Source: Octopus bimaculoides
Taxonomy: Eukaryota
DNA: 37,331 nt
Assembly: GCF_001194135.2 (NCBI RefSeq)
Contig: NC_068992.1
Span: 65,673,772 to 65,711,102 of the forward strand
Reading direction: 5' to 3'
The translations under genes and the position numbers were made by a program. This document shows, piece by piece, positions 1 to 13,525 of this stretch (positions within the stretch are counted from its first letter, which is position 1; every line of letters begins with the position of its first letter). The notes under the pieces are model-generated. The model saw nothing but the letters and a program-made list of their open reading frames with translations. It was not told where the DNA came from and made no database searches.

Positions 1-35
<35 letters not shown>

Positions 36-764
36 GAAAGGGCGAAAGGCCAGGAACGAGGTTAATTTTAAGTCAGATTTTTTTTTTTTCAGTTATGAAA
101 TCACATGGAACCCATGTATTTCTAAATAACACATCTCCTATAACAACACATCTTTTTTTACCTGACATAAAATTATTTAAATATTTCTGCTTTACTGTTA
201 TTCGCTTTAGAAACTAACAGATTTGATAAAAATTTTTACAAATATTTGTGTCGTTTTTGATACTATGTGGTTTTGGCGTTTAAACGAATTATAGTTATTC
301 CGATAGTTCGATCTTTTTAACACTAAAATTCAGTAATTCATTGAGAGAGATCGATTTTTACACCTGTGATCCATATTCAAATATGTACACAGGTATGAAA
401 ACGTAAATCGATAAACTTCGTTTTACAGTCCACCTTGGTCAAGATCTTCTATATCATAGAGTAAAGAATGCTTGACAAAAGATTTTAGCAAATATTTTGG
501 GGTTAACGACCTGGATCTCCTAACTGTAAATAGGTGCTATGAGGTGGATGTTTTGTTGTTGTTGTTAATGAACTCCAGCTCAATGTTGTGTTTATTTGTG
601 TTTTTTTTTGCTTCTGATTTATGGACTATCTTATCAGACCTAATGATTCTAAGCTTAAGAGGATACTGGCATTTTCTTTGTAGGGTAAGGGGTAAACAGT
701 ATAGACAGTAAACATGGATGATATAGTTATAAAATTTCTTAGGGTTTGGGGACAAACTACTATA

Positions 765-1020
765 GTGTGTATGTTTGTGTGTCTGTATTTGCACCCCCAC
801 CATCCGTTGGTGTGTTGAGTCTCTGTAATTGCACCACCCCCACCATCCGCTGGTGTGTTTAGTCCCTGTAAATTAGCAGTTCGGCAAAGAGACCGATATA
901 ATAAGTACTAGGCTTACAAAGAATAAGTTCTGGGGTCGATTTGTTCGACTAAAGGCGGTGCTCCAGCATGGCCACAGTCAAATGACTGAAACAAATAAAA
1001 GAATAGAAAGAATAAAAGAA
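765..1020 (+). mobile_element. SINE family A, 3' half with an internal tandem duplication of about 40 bp
   Basis: Tail gcagttcggcaaagagaccgat...ggcggtgctccagcatggccacagtcaaatgactgaaacaa recurs throughout the window. Confidence 0.85.
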
Positions 1021-1221
1021 CAGTTGGCAGAATCGTTAGCACACCGGCAAGGTGCCTAATGGCATTTTGTCCGTTTTTGCGTTCTGAGTTCAAATTCCGC
1101 CAAGGTTGACTTTGCCCTTCATCCTTTTGGAGTCGACAAAATAAGTACCAGTCGAGTACTGATCGATGTAATTGACTTTCCTTCTCCCCGAAAATTGCTG
1201 GCTTTGTGCCTAAATTTGAAA
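1021..1221 (+). mobile_element. SINE family B (tRNA-like head ggcagaatcgttagc...gagttcaaattcc)
   Basis: Matches copies at 32846-33030, 32700-32820 and 29010-29120. Confidence 0.8.
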
Positions 1222-1984
1222 TGAACATTTGTAGAGCGGAAGAGGAGAGATTAAATGTGGAAAACTGATGGAAGCAGAGATCATGAAGGACGAATTTGCA
1301 GGAGAGTTTGCAGAAGGCGAGCGTTAATTTGTTGTGCTTTGTGACAAAGGGACTATAAATTAGAGGAGAGAGGTGAATGAGGCTGGGGGTCATTCAGTAG
1401 TTTGTAGGGCATGTGTGTTGGGCAGTGCTGTAAGTAATCAGTTTATTTTTACGGCAGCTATTGCCTGTTGGAACGCTACTGATCATTTGAAATATCAATA
1501 ATTAATCCAATTTGTAGACGGGAGTCAGAATGAAGTAAAACTTGCTTTTCTTTTTCTTTTTGTAATTAAATTTGTCTACCAAAATGTTGGACATTAAACA
1601 CAATTATTGATATAATTTCTGCTTATTTGAATTAGGAAACCTATGAAATCTACGCCCGTTGCGACTAATGTTAAGCAAATGCTTCCAAACTGTATGTCGC
1701 CAATAATCTTTTGGTATGTCGCGAAACTAAATCAAATATGAGCAATTTTTTACGAATAACTTGACCGTGATATATATTTCAGATCTGACAACTTTTGCAT
1801 ATAATTCGAACACGTGACTGGTGGCACGTGATAATATATTTAATTGTATATTTATTCACTTCGTTAATTTTGTGTCAAGAAGAAACAGAATTTTTAAAAA
1901 ATGTGGTGCCAATGTGAAGAGTTTGGTAAATCGTGAACTTCTTTTGCCGTTTAGTATTTTCGTTGTTTCAGTTATTAGAATGTA

Positions 1985-2350
1985 GCCATGCTGGAGCACC
2001 ACCTTGAAGATATCTTGTAGAATGATTTTACCCCAGGACTTTTTAAAAGACTAATACGTATTCTATCGGTCTCTTATGCCGAACCGCTAAGTTACGGTAT
2101 CGTAAACACATCAACACGGGTTGTCGAGCGGTGGTAGGAGACAAATACAGACACAAAAGCACATACATATATAGATCTACAGGTATATACATATAGAACG
2201 GGATTCTTTCAGTTTCCGTTTATCAAATCCACTCAGAAAGCTTTGGTCGTCTCGAGACTGTAGTAAAAGAAACTTGCTCAAGATGTCACGCAGTGGGACT
2301 GAACCGGAACCATGTGGCTGGGAAGCAAACTTCTGACCACACGACCACTT
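1985..2350 (-). mobile_element. SINE family A, near full length
   Basis: Reverse complement of the family A head (gtggtcagaagtttgcttccc...ggttcagtcccactgc) and tail. Confidence 0.85.
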
Positions 2351-2414
2351 TGTAGAATGTCTAAATCTCGACGAGTGGAGAAAGCAGGCTTCTTTTTCCG
2401 AAAAACAATAAATG

Positions 2415-2668
2415 AGTAATAATTATTTCTAGGAACGATGAATCTCGAAGTAAATAAAGCTATAAATAACAGCGTGTAAATATTAGGTTAAAAATCTCTT
2501 TGGATAGAAAAAGTCGAAGATTTCCCGTGCGATTCGAACCCGCATCTCCAGTAAGCATGACGAACTTCGACATTTTGTATTCAATGGGTTTTTAGTCCTA
2601 TATTTACACGCTATTTTTATAGCTTCATTTGCTTCGAGACTTTCCCTTCCCATAAAGAATTATTTCAT
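2415..2668. mobile_element. Palindromic MITE-like element with a B-box-like loop
   Basis: Arm tctcgaagtaaataaagctataaataacagcgtgtaaatattagg is mirrored by cctatatttacacgctatttttatagcttcatttgcttcgaga. The loop holds GGTTCGAATC on the minus strand. Confidence 0.75.
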
Positions 2669-2849
2669 GTTCTCGCAGTTTCTAAATTCTTATAGCGTCT
2701 GCAAATTAATTTTTAAATGTCTCCAACGGGTCTCGTAAACCTGAGGGAAAAGAGCGCAACGCTGATCGATTATAAATAAAAGTGGTAAATTATTTTCGGA
2801 CATCTTGGTACTGGCATAATCAAATATTGGTTATTGATAATCGTCAATT

Positions 2850-3075
2850 ATCCGTAATTGAAGTCACTGATGCAACAAAGAGGAGAGTCATAGATTCCAT
2901 TACTGAGATGGCACAGAAGGCCACTTGAGGGCAGAACGGGGATTTGCTGGGAGTGGGAAGCAAGCTGGGATTTAAGCAACCTCGGCTGGGTAAAGGGGGC
3001 AAGGAGGTCTGGTGCTGAAAGACCCGAAACTTCATGACACCCCAGAAACCCCGCCGATGATGCAACCTAGAACAT
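2850..3075 (+). mobile_element. 3' end of a restriction-like-endonuclease non-LTR retrotransposon (HERO-like), decayed
   Basis: Peptide EVTDATKRRVIDSITEMAQKAT followed by caacctcggctgggt...ctgaaagacccgaaac. This resembles HERO C-termini and 3' UTRs as I recall them; unverified. Confidence 0.45.
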
Positions 3076-3829
3076 CCTTGAGATGTATCTTGAAACGAAC
3101 TACAACTGCTAAACAGTCTATAATTAGCAAGAATACATAATCGGGAAGTTTCCAATGTGAAAATAGTATAAAGTATGAACAAGATTAACAAAGTTTGAAC
3201 TATGGTGGTTAATTATTTCTACGGACTGGACCTGGTACATGAAATAATTGTTTATAAGCCCATTGCGTGTAACACAGCAGAATTTTTTGCTGGTTAGACT
3301 TTTACTGAACGTAAGTCCATTGCTATGTAAAGCAAGAATAAAAGCCCGCGTTTTAGATAACGATTCCACAAATTTATAACATAGTTTTGTACTGTACAGA
3401 ATAGAAAATATTATGATGTTGTCCTTCATATATAACGAAAACACGATAATTAGCTTTATTACTTACCAATATCTTCTAGATCACTAGCCTTTGATCTTTC
3501 TATCAAAAAAATGCCCGCAAAAATATTAGATTTTTCAATTAGTTTTTCCTGTGTCAGTAACATTTTGTGTATAATAGCTTCATATATACATACATGTGAT
3601 GTGGGTGTTTATCTGTGTGTGAGCAACACTAAGATAGTAAGACGTCGAGTTCAGAATCGAATGCTTTGCGAGCATTTGTTTCGAGATACTTGTGCTTCAT
3701 CAGAGAAAACGTTGTTACTATTTTTCGGTAGCACAAAATGTTATGCCTAAATGTATGTATGTATGTATGTATGTATGTATGTATGTATGTATGTATGTAT
3801 GTATGTATAAAGGCTTATGATATGCATCT

Positions 3830-4035
3830 TTTACGATGTTGTCGGTTCGATAAGGACGAAGAAAAGCAGCCGAAAGTCTTCTTCGATGGAATAAGCAATC
3901 TTCTGAACCACTGGAAGAATGGCATCACAAAAACATGGAGCTTATGCCGAAAAATTGTGTAACTGTCCAACTCCTGCTTTTGTTTTAATAAACTACAGAA
4001 GCAAGAGTGTGTATAGCTTTTGATTTGCCTTCGAA
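3830..4035 (+). mobile_element. Mariner transposase C-terminal relic
   Basis: QPKVFFDGISNLLNHWKNGI resembles the mariner C-terminal pattern F..GI..L..RW.KCI. Confidence 0.5.
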
Positions 4036-4085
4036 GATACATATATATAAATATATACATATATAGATATATATTTATATATATG

Positions 4086-4517
4086 TGATCAGATGAATAA
4101 TAACAGACGATGGATAATTGTCAGCTCATTACAGCTGTTTCTTACGTATCTTTTTAATAATATGAAACGTGAGAATGACCAACAAAGTTGGCTGTTGAAG
4201 TTAAGCATATAGTTCTTGGAAGTGTGTTATATGACGTCTAAGATCAGCGACTCGGGTGAGACAGGAGTCTGCTAGACTTGTTCTTAGGAGTGGGGTGTGG
4301 ATGATATTCTCCCATTTCAGAGTTGGCTTCGACAGACTTGAGTCACGTCTCTGCTGTATTCTTGAGATATTCTTTTGCTTTGTAAAATTACGTTTCATCT
4401 GATGATTACGGTTTCTTGCAATGGAATAATGTTCTCATTCATCTATTAAAAAGATGCGTAAGAAACAGCTGTAATGAGCGGACAATTATTCATCGTCTGT
4501 TATTATTCATTTGATTA
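4086..4517. mobile_element. Fold-back/MITE-like element with about 80-bp inverted arms containing the hammerhead motif
   Basis: tgatcagatgaataataacagacgatggataattgtcagctcattacagctgtttcttacg (from 4086) is mirrored by cgtaagaaacagctgtaatgagcggacaattattcatcgtctgttattattcatttgatta (to 4517). Confidence 0.85.
4394..4478 (+). ncRNA. Type I hammerhead ribozyme motif (Penelope-type, palindromic stem III)
   Basis: Stem I TTCAT (4394-98) / ATGAG (4474-78); core CTGATGA (4399-4405); stem II TTACG (4406-10) / CGTAA (4457-61); GAAA (4462-65); palindromic stem III ACAGCTGT; GUA cleavage triplet ending at 4473. Confidence 0.7.
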
Positions 4518-6357
4518 TAATATGCCAAGGGGATTTATGATTTGTCGGACCCCCTAGACTATACCAATAATGTACAATTCAAAGTAACACATGCTTTGGA
4601 TCAGCCCCTAGGTCTTAAATACTCATGGGGTTGATTTTTTTCTGTGTACACAACAGGAATATCCTATTTGATACTTAGCAACCATAGGTTTATCCAACAG
4701 TACATGGTGCCTATCTTTTCAAGTACCTGATTCTATACCAATCCTTATTTCTTTATTTAGCTAAATATGTATGTGTGTTTGTGTATATGTGCGCATGTAT
4801 GTGTATATGTGTATGTATATATATGTATGTATATATGCACGTATGTCTGAATGTATGTATATATGTATACATATACGTGCGTGTATGTATGTATGTATGT
4901 ATGTATGTATATATGCACGTGTGTATATATGTATATACGTGTGTGTGTGTGCGTGTGTGCGTGTGTGCGTGTGTGCGTGCATGCGGAAATGCTCAATTCG
5001 AAAACTGACTATGTTTAGAGAATTTATCGCTGCGGCACTTTTTATTTTTGCATTTAAATATATTTCGTTTGCATTTAAAATATATAAATATATTTTATGT
5101 GCATATATAATTATATTTTCCTCGTTAATTAAATTTTAAACCGAAACAAGCGTATTTGAAATTTTTGGAAAGTGTAAATCAGTAATGCTTTGAAATACCC
5201 ACAAAATATATTTACACACTTCACATGCAAACGTTATAAATAGATAATTAAATAAATAAATAGATAGATAAATAAATAAAAATAGTGAGGAAGTTTTTAA
5301 AATCCCCAACAATTTCTGATTTTTTAAAAATTTTACGGAGAAAAATTATTTTTGTTAGATTAAATTTTATTATTTATTTGCAAATTTTAAATCTCTGATG
5401 ATCAAAGAATAAAAATCGGAAGATCACTTTTTTTAAAAGGTTAATAAAAGAAAAGAAAAAAACAAAGTTAAAAGAAGAGTTTAAAAATACATGGTAAAAA
5501 TAATATCATCACTTTTTTTTAAATGTTATAAATGTAATAACTAATGCAGACAAAATATGTTTAAACACTTGAAATACAAGAACCAAATTAGAAGCTTCCA
5601 AATATACAATTTAATCGAGGAAATGTACGCTACGTATCATGTGCATTTCAACAAGATGGCTGTGCGGAAGAGTGGTTGGATGAACTCTGAGATCATTCAG
5701 AACCAAGGAAAAGGATACCATGCTACACTAATGGAGAGCATTCCTTCTCAGTTGCCTGGATTACTGCTACCATCTGTGGTCGTCACAAAGCGTTCAACTA
5801 ATCAGCGGAAATCAATGCAATCCAGTGCCTTTATACAAAAAAGATTGCAACGCATGAGCTACTGGGTAAAGTTTAAAAAAAAAACCGAGGCTGTATTCCC
5901 TAGATAGGAGCCGCAAAAGATATGCAGTGATATGGACTGTCCTGGAAGGTCTGGTTTCAAGTTTTGAGATTGAAACCTTTACCAGCCACTGATCTAGATT
6001 TCACTGCATAGTACCATAGATCTAGAATAAAGACCCAATTCTGTAACAAAGATTTCAAGGGCCCACAACTATTCAACATTCTGTTGGCGAACATCAGAGA
6101 TTTGCAAGGTTTAGATGTTTAGAAAACAAGCTTTTATCCGAAATACCAGATGACTCCAGATCGGCGCAGGAAACACGGGGAAGAACAGCTCTGTCCAACT
6201 CGCAGCTTTGCCAGAAACAATTCCAGAAAGAAAGTCATAGAAATAGGAGATGTTATTTGCCCAAATAGCCATGCTGTAGGTTTGAACCCGAGATGTCAAG
6301 ATCGCGAAGCGAACATCAACATTCGCCGAAACTGCTCATCTATCTATCTATCTATCA

Positions 6358-6393
<36 letters not shown>

Positions 6394-6709
6394 ATATGTA
6401 TGTATGTATGTATATATGTATATGTATAGCTGTTTCTTCCCTATAGCTATGCTATGATTAATCAAATATACTCCGTATATACACAAATTTATATACAGTT
6501 TCTTGCTTAGGTGTATTATGCACTTTTATATGTTCACACGTACATTCATAGACGCCCTCACAAGCATACATACGTACATACTGTATATTAGAAATGCATA
6601 CTTGCATACGATAATATGTAGATATTCGCGTATTTACATACACAAATGCATACATGCAAACGGCATACATATTTGCATGTACGCGTATATATATATATGT
6701 ATATATCTA

Positions 6710-6780
<71 letters not shown>

Positions 6781-7396
6781 GCATACATATATATGTTTAT
6801 ATATATATGTATACACACACACACACACACACAGATATTTATATATAGCGTGGAATAAACAAACTATATATATATGCATGCGCAAATACATACAAAAATA
6901 TATAGAAATATATACACTTATATGCATAGATGACAGATGTACTTCATTAATGATTTATAGATGATATTCTGAAAAGCCCTGCAGAAATTCTCATTATTTT
7001 GTGTTAGTCATTTTTACTCGTCTCTCATTAACAGTCTAACATTAAAATTCCAATCACCAATCTTTATTTCAGCAAAGAAAGGAATTATACATCATTAGAT
7101 ATTAAAGGTTCTCTGTTAATTAAGACACTTTGATCTTAAAACCAAAAATTTCGCATTAGCACATTGACTCCATCAAATTTCTGTTTATGAAATCTGGTGA
7201 CAAATTTATGTAAACTACACGACTCAAACGGTTATGTCGGAAACAGCAGCACGACAGCGTCACGCTCAGCTGACCATGCATGTTCAATATGGAGTCACTG
7301 CTGCTCATTATAATATGGAAGAGAAATGGAGGGGAAAGCATTAACAAATAATACAGTTCTATATTTAAGAGATGAGGATATATTTACATTATTTAC

Positions 7397-7615
7397 ATTA
7401 TTTATATTTGACGGATATTTGTCTTCATCTTGTTTGTTGTTAACACAACGTTTCGGCTAATATACCCTCCAGCCTTCATAGAAAAATACCTTTGGAAGGA
7501 GAACCCAGGTTCGAAATTTCTCCAGACACCTGATGAAGGCTGGAGGGTCTATCAGCTGAAACGTTGTGTTAACAACAAACAAGATGAGGACAAATATCCG
7601 TCGAATGTAAATAAT
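7397..7615. mobile_element. Fold-back element made of two inverted family C 3' bodies
   Basis: Arm 7397-7480 is the reverse complement of arm 7531-7615 with few mismatches; the spacer is about 50 nt; the body matches 28870-29005. Confidence 0.85.
7525..7570 (+). ncRNA. Minimal type I hammerhead ribozyme motif
   Basis: Stem I GACAC / GTGTT; CTGATGA (7530-36); extra A; stem II GGCTG / CAGCT; GAAA (7558-61); palindromic stem III ACGT; cleavage triplet GUU ending at 7565. Confidence 0.65.
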
Positions 7616-8811
7616 TAGCAAATAATATCATCATACCGTATAGAAATACACAAAAACTTGAAGACAACCTTTGGGCTTCACGATGAACAGGAAGATAAAA
7701 CTCAAAGCATCAGCGTGTGTGTGAGTGTGTGTGTGTGTGTGTGCGTGCGTGCGTATGTACGTGTGTGTGTGTGTGCGTGCGTGTGTACGTATGCGTGTTC
7801 GTGTGTGTGTGCGTATATGTGTGTGTACATACGTACATACATACATGCATACATATAAACATATAAGTCCCATACTTTATATATAACGCTCTTTCGTGTC
7901 GAATCCTCTAAAAACTGTCTTTCCAAAACTGAAATGATCGGCCGCAAAAAACATCAATCCGCGCAAACATCAGCATACATTCCAACAGTAAATAAATAAA
8001 TCTCAAATATATTTTACTGGAAAGAACTCTACGAAAATGTTATGTAGGAAAGTTGTTTTTGTAAGAGTTTGTGAGTGAGAAATTGGTGTTTGTTGTTTTA
8101 GCGGGCGAATGATTAGAAAATCAATGGCCAGCGTTCATGGATAATATATAGCGCTCCCTAGGGTAAGGCACTTTATGAGCTAAAATTATACAAATCTGAA
8201 ATTTTGTGAAACACCTAATTTTACCAGCCACTGGAAATATTGCCATTCTTGCTAGTCTTGCCAAGAAAAATTCCTCAAATTTATCATGCAGAAAAGTAAT
8301 TCTTTAACAAAAGATTAATATGGAGAGCTTTTGTCGACAAGGAAATGTAAACACATAATAGTTCCATTTTGAAATATGGCTTCAAGTCTTCTTCATAAGT
8401 GCCCATCTTAATCTATGTTGTTGTTTCTTTTTCTTTCTGTTTCGCTTTTTTTGTTTTTTAAGTATTCTAAAATGATTTATGTTAGACAAAAATATGCAAA
8501 GTAAAAAATAGCTTCCAGAAACATTTTAAAGCCAAAAACGAGAAAAGTAGATGAAGAATATTATTAAGATATTCGTACAATCGGACAAGACTAGAAGCCA
8601 TTATGGAATAGGCTTCTACATTTCGCCATATAATTCTATAAATAACCACCTTCTTGCCAAACGCATATCGTATGAAAGTAGGGCAGCGCCTGTGGTCTTT
8701 AATTTGTTCGGCGCCACTGATCTTTTCTCTATCTTATTTGATAATCACAATACAAGACATCACAGGATGCCCTTTCTTTAAACTGTTAAACTGTCTTTTA
8801 CATATCTTTTG

Positions 8812-9005
8812 CTCTTTTACTTGTTTCAGTCATTAGACTACGACCATGCTGGGGCACCGCCTTGAAGAATTCTGCTCGAACGAATCTTCCCCAGTATTAA
8901 TCGATGTGCCAAGACTTATTCAAAGCTTGATACTTATCGGTATCTTTGGCCGGACAGCTAAGTTACGAGAACGTAAACGCACCAACACCCGATGTCAAGC
9001 GGTGG
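8812..9005 (-). mobile_element. SINE family A, 3' half
   Basis: ttgtttcagtcattagactacgaccatgctggggcaccgcc is the reverse complement of the family A tail. Confidence 0.8.
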
Positions 9006-9819
9006 TAAAACAGGGGTTTAATGAAGTGAAATGAACCCAGTAATGAAAAAATGACAATAATTATCCTTAATAAGTAATTCTTTTTGAAACAATCAAGAGA
9101 GACAACTATGAAATCTAAATAATTTACAAGTTAAACAGAATAACCAATACACAGAAAGAATCCAAGGTTATGAGGTCACTGAAGTTAAATGTCGCCTGTG
9201 TTGAAATTGCGATCATTGGCTTAATGAACCCATTTCTTCTATCCAGAGCTTATATCTTCTACCAAGGCCATTATTTTACTCTTCCCTATATATTTTATTA
9301 ATCACTCTGCTGTAAGGTGTGTTATATAATTTTCCTCACAATCGCCAATGTATTGTTATCCATCCAAACAGATCAACGTTTATTTCTTTTATTCCAAACC
9401 GGTAAAATCTTGATAAAATTCTATAACAGACTTCAATTTTTTTTTTTTTTAACCAATTCCTAATCTTTTTCCCAATCTTTCTTTCTCTCATTCGTCTTCA
9501 CTTCCAGTTTTTATCTTTCATATTTTTTTTATCTTTCGGGCTGTCATTCTCACTTTTGCACTTTCGTTCTTTTCTTTTTTTTTCTTTTATCATTCATAAA
9601 CACCCACACCCACCCTGACCTACACCCCCCCGCTTTTCTACGTCATTTTACTGTTTCTCTCTTCGTGTTGTTGTTGTTGTTGTTGTTCATTCATTCTTCT
9701 ATTCTCCATCTTTATCAAAGTCTCTCGTTTTCACTCATTTTCTCTTCTTTCTTTTTTTGCTTCTTCTTTAATAAAAGACCTTTAAACTACGCCTCCATCC
9801 ACCCTGCCACTTCCCCTGA

Positions 9820-11230
<1,411 letters not shown>

Positions 11231-11588
11231 ATAAGAGAGAAGGAGAGAACGGTTGAGTGAGAGAAAGAGAGAGATAAAAATATGGGGAGGCAGACAGCGA
11301 GAATTAGTTAAACAGAGCGATTGGAATTGTCAGTATTTTAGGTTAAGAGAGCTTCATTGGCTGACAAAACATGACACACGCAGAGAGACACAACGACACG
11401 AAACACACACACATACACACACGCGCACGTACACATACACACACACATATGTAGGGGTACGTAACACTGATTACAGCCTCACATGTTCACGCACCCTCAT
11501 ATATATATATATATATACATGAGTGTGTATGCATGTGTGTGTGAGTGTGTGTGCGTGTATTGAGGTGGTCACTGATGTGTGACGAAAG

Positions 11589-11831
11589 ATTTCCGGACAA
11601 TGGACATGAATTAAAATAAGAGTAAAAAACGAATGAAAAACGGATATATATACAGTACGTGTGCTTATTTGGCAAAAAATTACCTTCCCGGAATACAACA
11701 ACATATATAGATTTCCAGTCAATGGACATGAGTTAGAATAATAAAGTAAGAACAGTAATAAACGAGTGAAGAAAATATATACAGTGCGTGTGTTTATTTG
11801 GCAAAAAAAAAATGACCGTCCCGAAATACAA
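11589..11831. repeat. Diverged direct tandem duplication, unit about 122 bp
   Basis: atttcc..caatggacatga...atatatacagt.cgtgtg.ttatttggcaaaaaa...cccg.aatacaa occurs at 11589 and 11711. Confidence 0.8.
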
Positions 11832-11887
11832 TATCTGTTTCAGCACACGGCTTCACATCAGGAATCTTGCAGAACAAACTGATAAAC

Positions 11888-11925
<38 letters not shown>

Positions 11926-11929
11926 AAAT

Positions 11930-12460
11930 AAGTAGCAGGATGTCAAGCATGGCCTTAAGCTCAATTCAAACGGTTATTTGAAGCTGCTGGAGACTTATTC
12001 GTGAAACCATGGTAAAACTCTCGAGAGATTGTTGCTGGAAGTCCATCTGTGTGGCAGTAGGATTCAGCTCCTAACCATGAAAGAGTCAGAAGTCGTTGAC
12101 GGAGAATTTCTATGACTTAATTCCTGACCGCCATATTCCGCCGATTGTAATACCAAGGATTGCTATATGTTGGGCACAGCACAGATGAGAAAGACAGCAA
12201 GAACTCTGGCTGAAACGCCAAGGCCGAGCTGGTGGCCAAGGTCAAGGAGGCGTTCAAAGAGCTTCCCAAAGGCACAGTGAGGAACGCATGCACCAGGTTC
12301 CGGAGATGTTTTCAGGCTGTGGTGGAAGGTGGGGGGGTCACTTTGGTCAAACTGTTATCTCCCAGCCATAGTCTAATATGTTTTTAATTTCATTTTTGGA
12401 TGAGATATTGTGTTTCCTTTTCATTTTATGCAAACTGTCAAATTTATCCCGAACACCCTG
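11930..12460 (+). mobile_element. Tc1/mariner-superfamily transposase C-terminal relic with right terminal repeat
   Basis: Interrupted frames give VWQ*DSAP and KAELVAKVKEAFKELPKGTVRNACTRFRRCFQAVVEGGGGHF. The element ends ...gaacaccctg followed by TA. Confidence 0.7.
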
Positions 12461-12634
12461 TAGATATATAAATGATGGTTTTAGTCAATATGTGAAGTAA
12501 ATCAATGAAACAATATTTGATTTAGAATATGTTTGACGAGAATTTTGATCTGATAGCGTTTACCGAGATCGATATTGGTTTATTAGAGAGGCATCACGAC
12601 TAACAGCGCTTGAGAGAAAGTTTTTAATTATGTA

Positions 12635-13030
12635 CAGTGTGATTGTGTGGTCAGAAGTTTGCTTCCCAACCACATGGTTCCGGATTCAGTCCTACTGTGT
12701 GTCACTTTGGGCATGTGTCTTCTAATATAGCTTCAGGCCAGTGAAAGCCTTGTGAGTGGATCTGGCATACGATAATTGAAAGAATCCCTCGCAAACATAT
12801 ATGTGGGGTGGAGGGTGTTTTTCTGTCTGTGCTTGACCTCTACCACTGCTTCACAACCGATGTTGGTGTGCATATGCCCCCGTAAACTTAGCGGATCGGC
12901 AAAAGAGACCGACAGAATTAATACCAGGATTTAAACAAAGTAAGAAGTGGGGTCAACTCGTTCGACTAAAATTCCTCTAGGCAGTGCCCCAGCATGGCCG
13001 CAGTCTAATGACTGAAACAAGGAAAAGATA
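12635..13030 (+). mobile_element. SINE family A, full length
   Basis: tRNA-like head (gtggtcagaag...gattcagtcc), central GT-rich segment and tail ggccgcagtctaatgactgaaacaa. Confidence 0.9.
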
Positions 13031-13183
13031 AAACATAAAAAAATTCATTAGTCAGAAGTGATGCAGATGTGTCATTGTTTTTTTTTGCTTTGTTTGTTTG
13101 ATTGTTTGTTTTTTTGATGTCTTTTTCTTTTCTTTTCTTTATATACAGAAATTAAAAGAAGTCTGAAATTTGCTAAGAAACTG

Positions 13184-13491
13184 NNNNNNNNNNNNNNNNN
13201 NNNNNNNNNNNNNNNNNNNNNNNNNNNNNNNNNNNNNNNNNNNNNNNNNNNNNNNNNNNNNNNNNNNNNNNNNNNNNNNNNNNNNNNNNNNNNNNNNNNN
13301 NNNNNNNNNNNNNNNNNNNNNNNNNNNNNNNNNNNNNNNNNNNNNNNNNNNNNNNNNNNNNNNNNNNNNNNNNNNNNNNNNNNNNNNNNNNNNNNNNNNN
13401 NNNNNNNNNNNNNNNNNNNNNNNNNNNNNNNNNNNNNNNNNNNNNNNNNNNNNNNNNNNNNNNNNNNNNNNNNNNNNNNNNNNNNNNNNNN
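13184..13491. other. Assembly gap
   Basis: Run of N. Confidence 1.
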
Positions 13492-13525
13492 ATATATATA
13501 TATATATATATATATAAACATAGAT

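Noticed and set aside
4757-5139. ORFs rich in YI/HT/CV/MY residues here and at 6503-6964, 9782-10888, 21096-21474 and 33014-33790
   Set aside because: They are translations of microsatellites that lack stop codons, not genes.
5557-6300. ORFs 5557-5907 and 6111-6446 as possible transposase remnants
   Set aside because: Only vague motif resemblance; no family could be assigned by eye.
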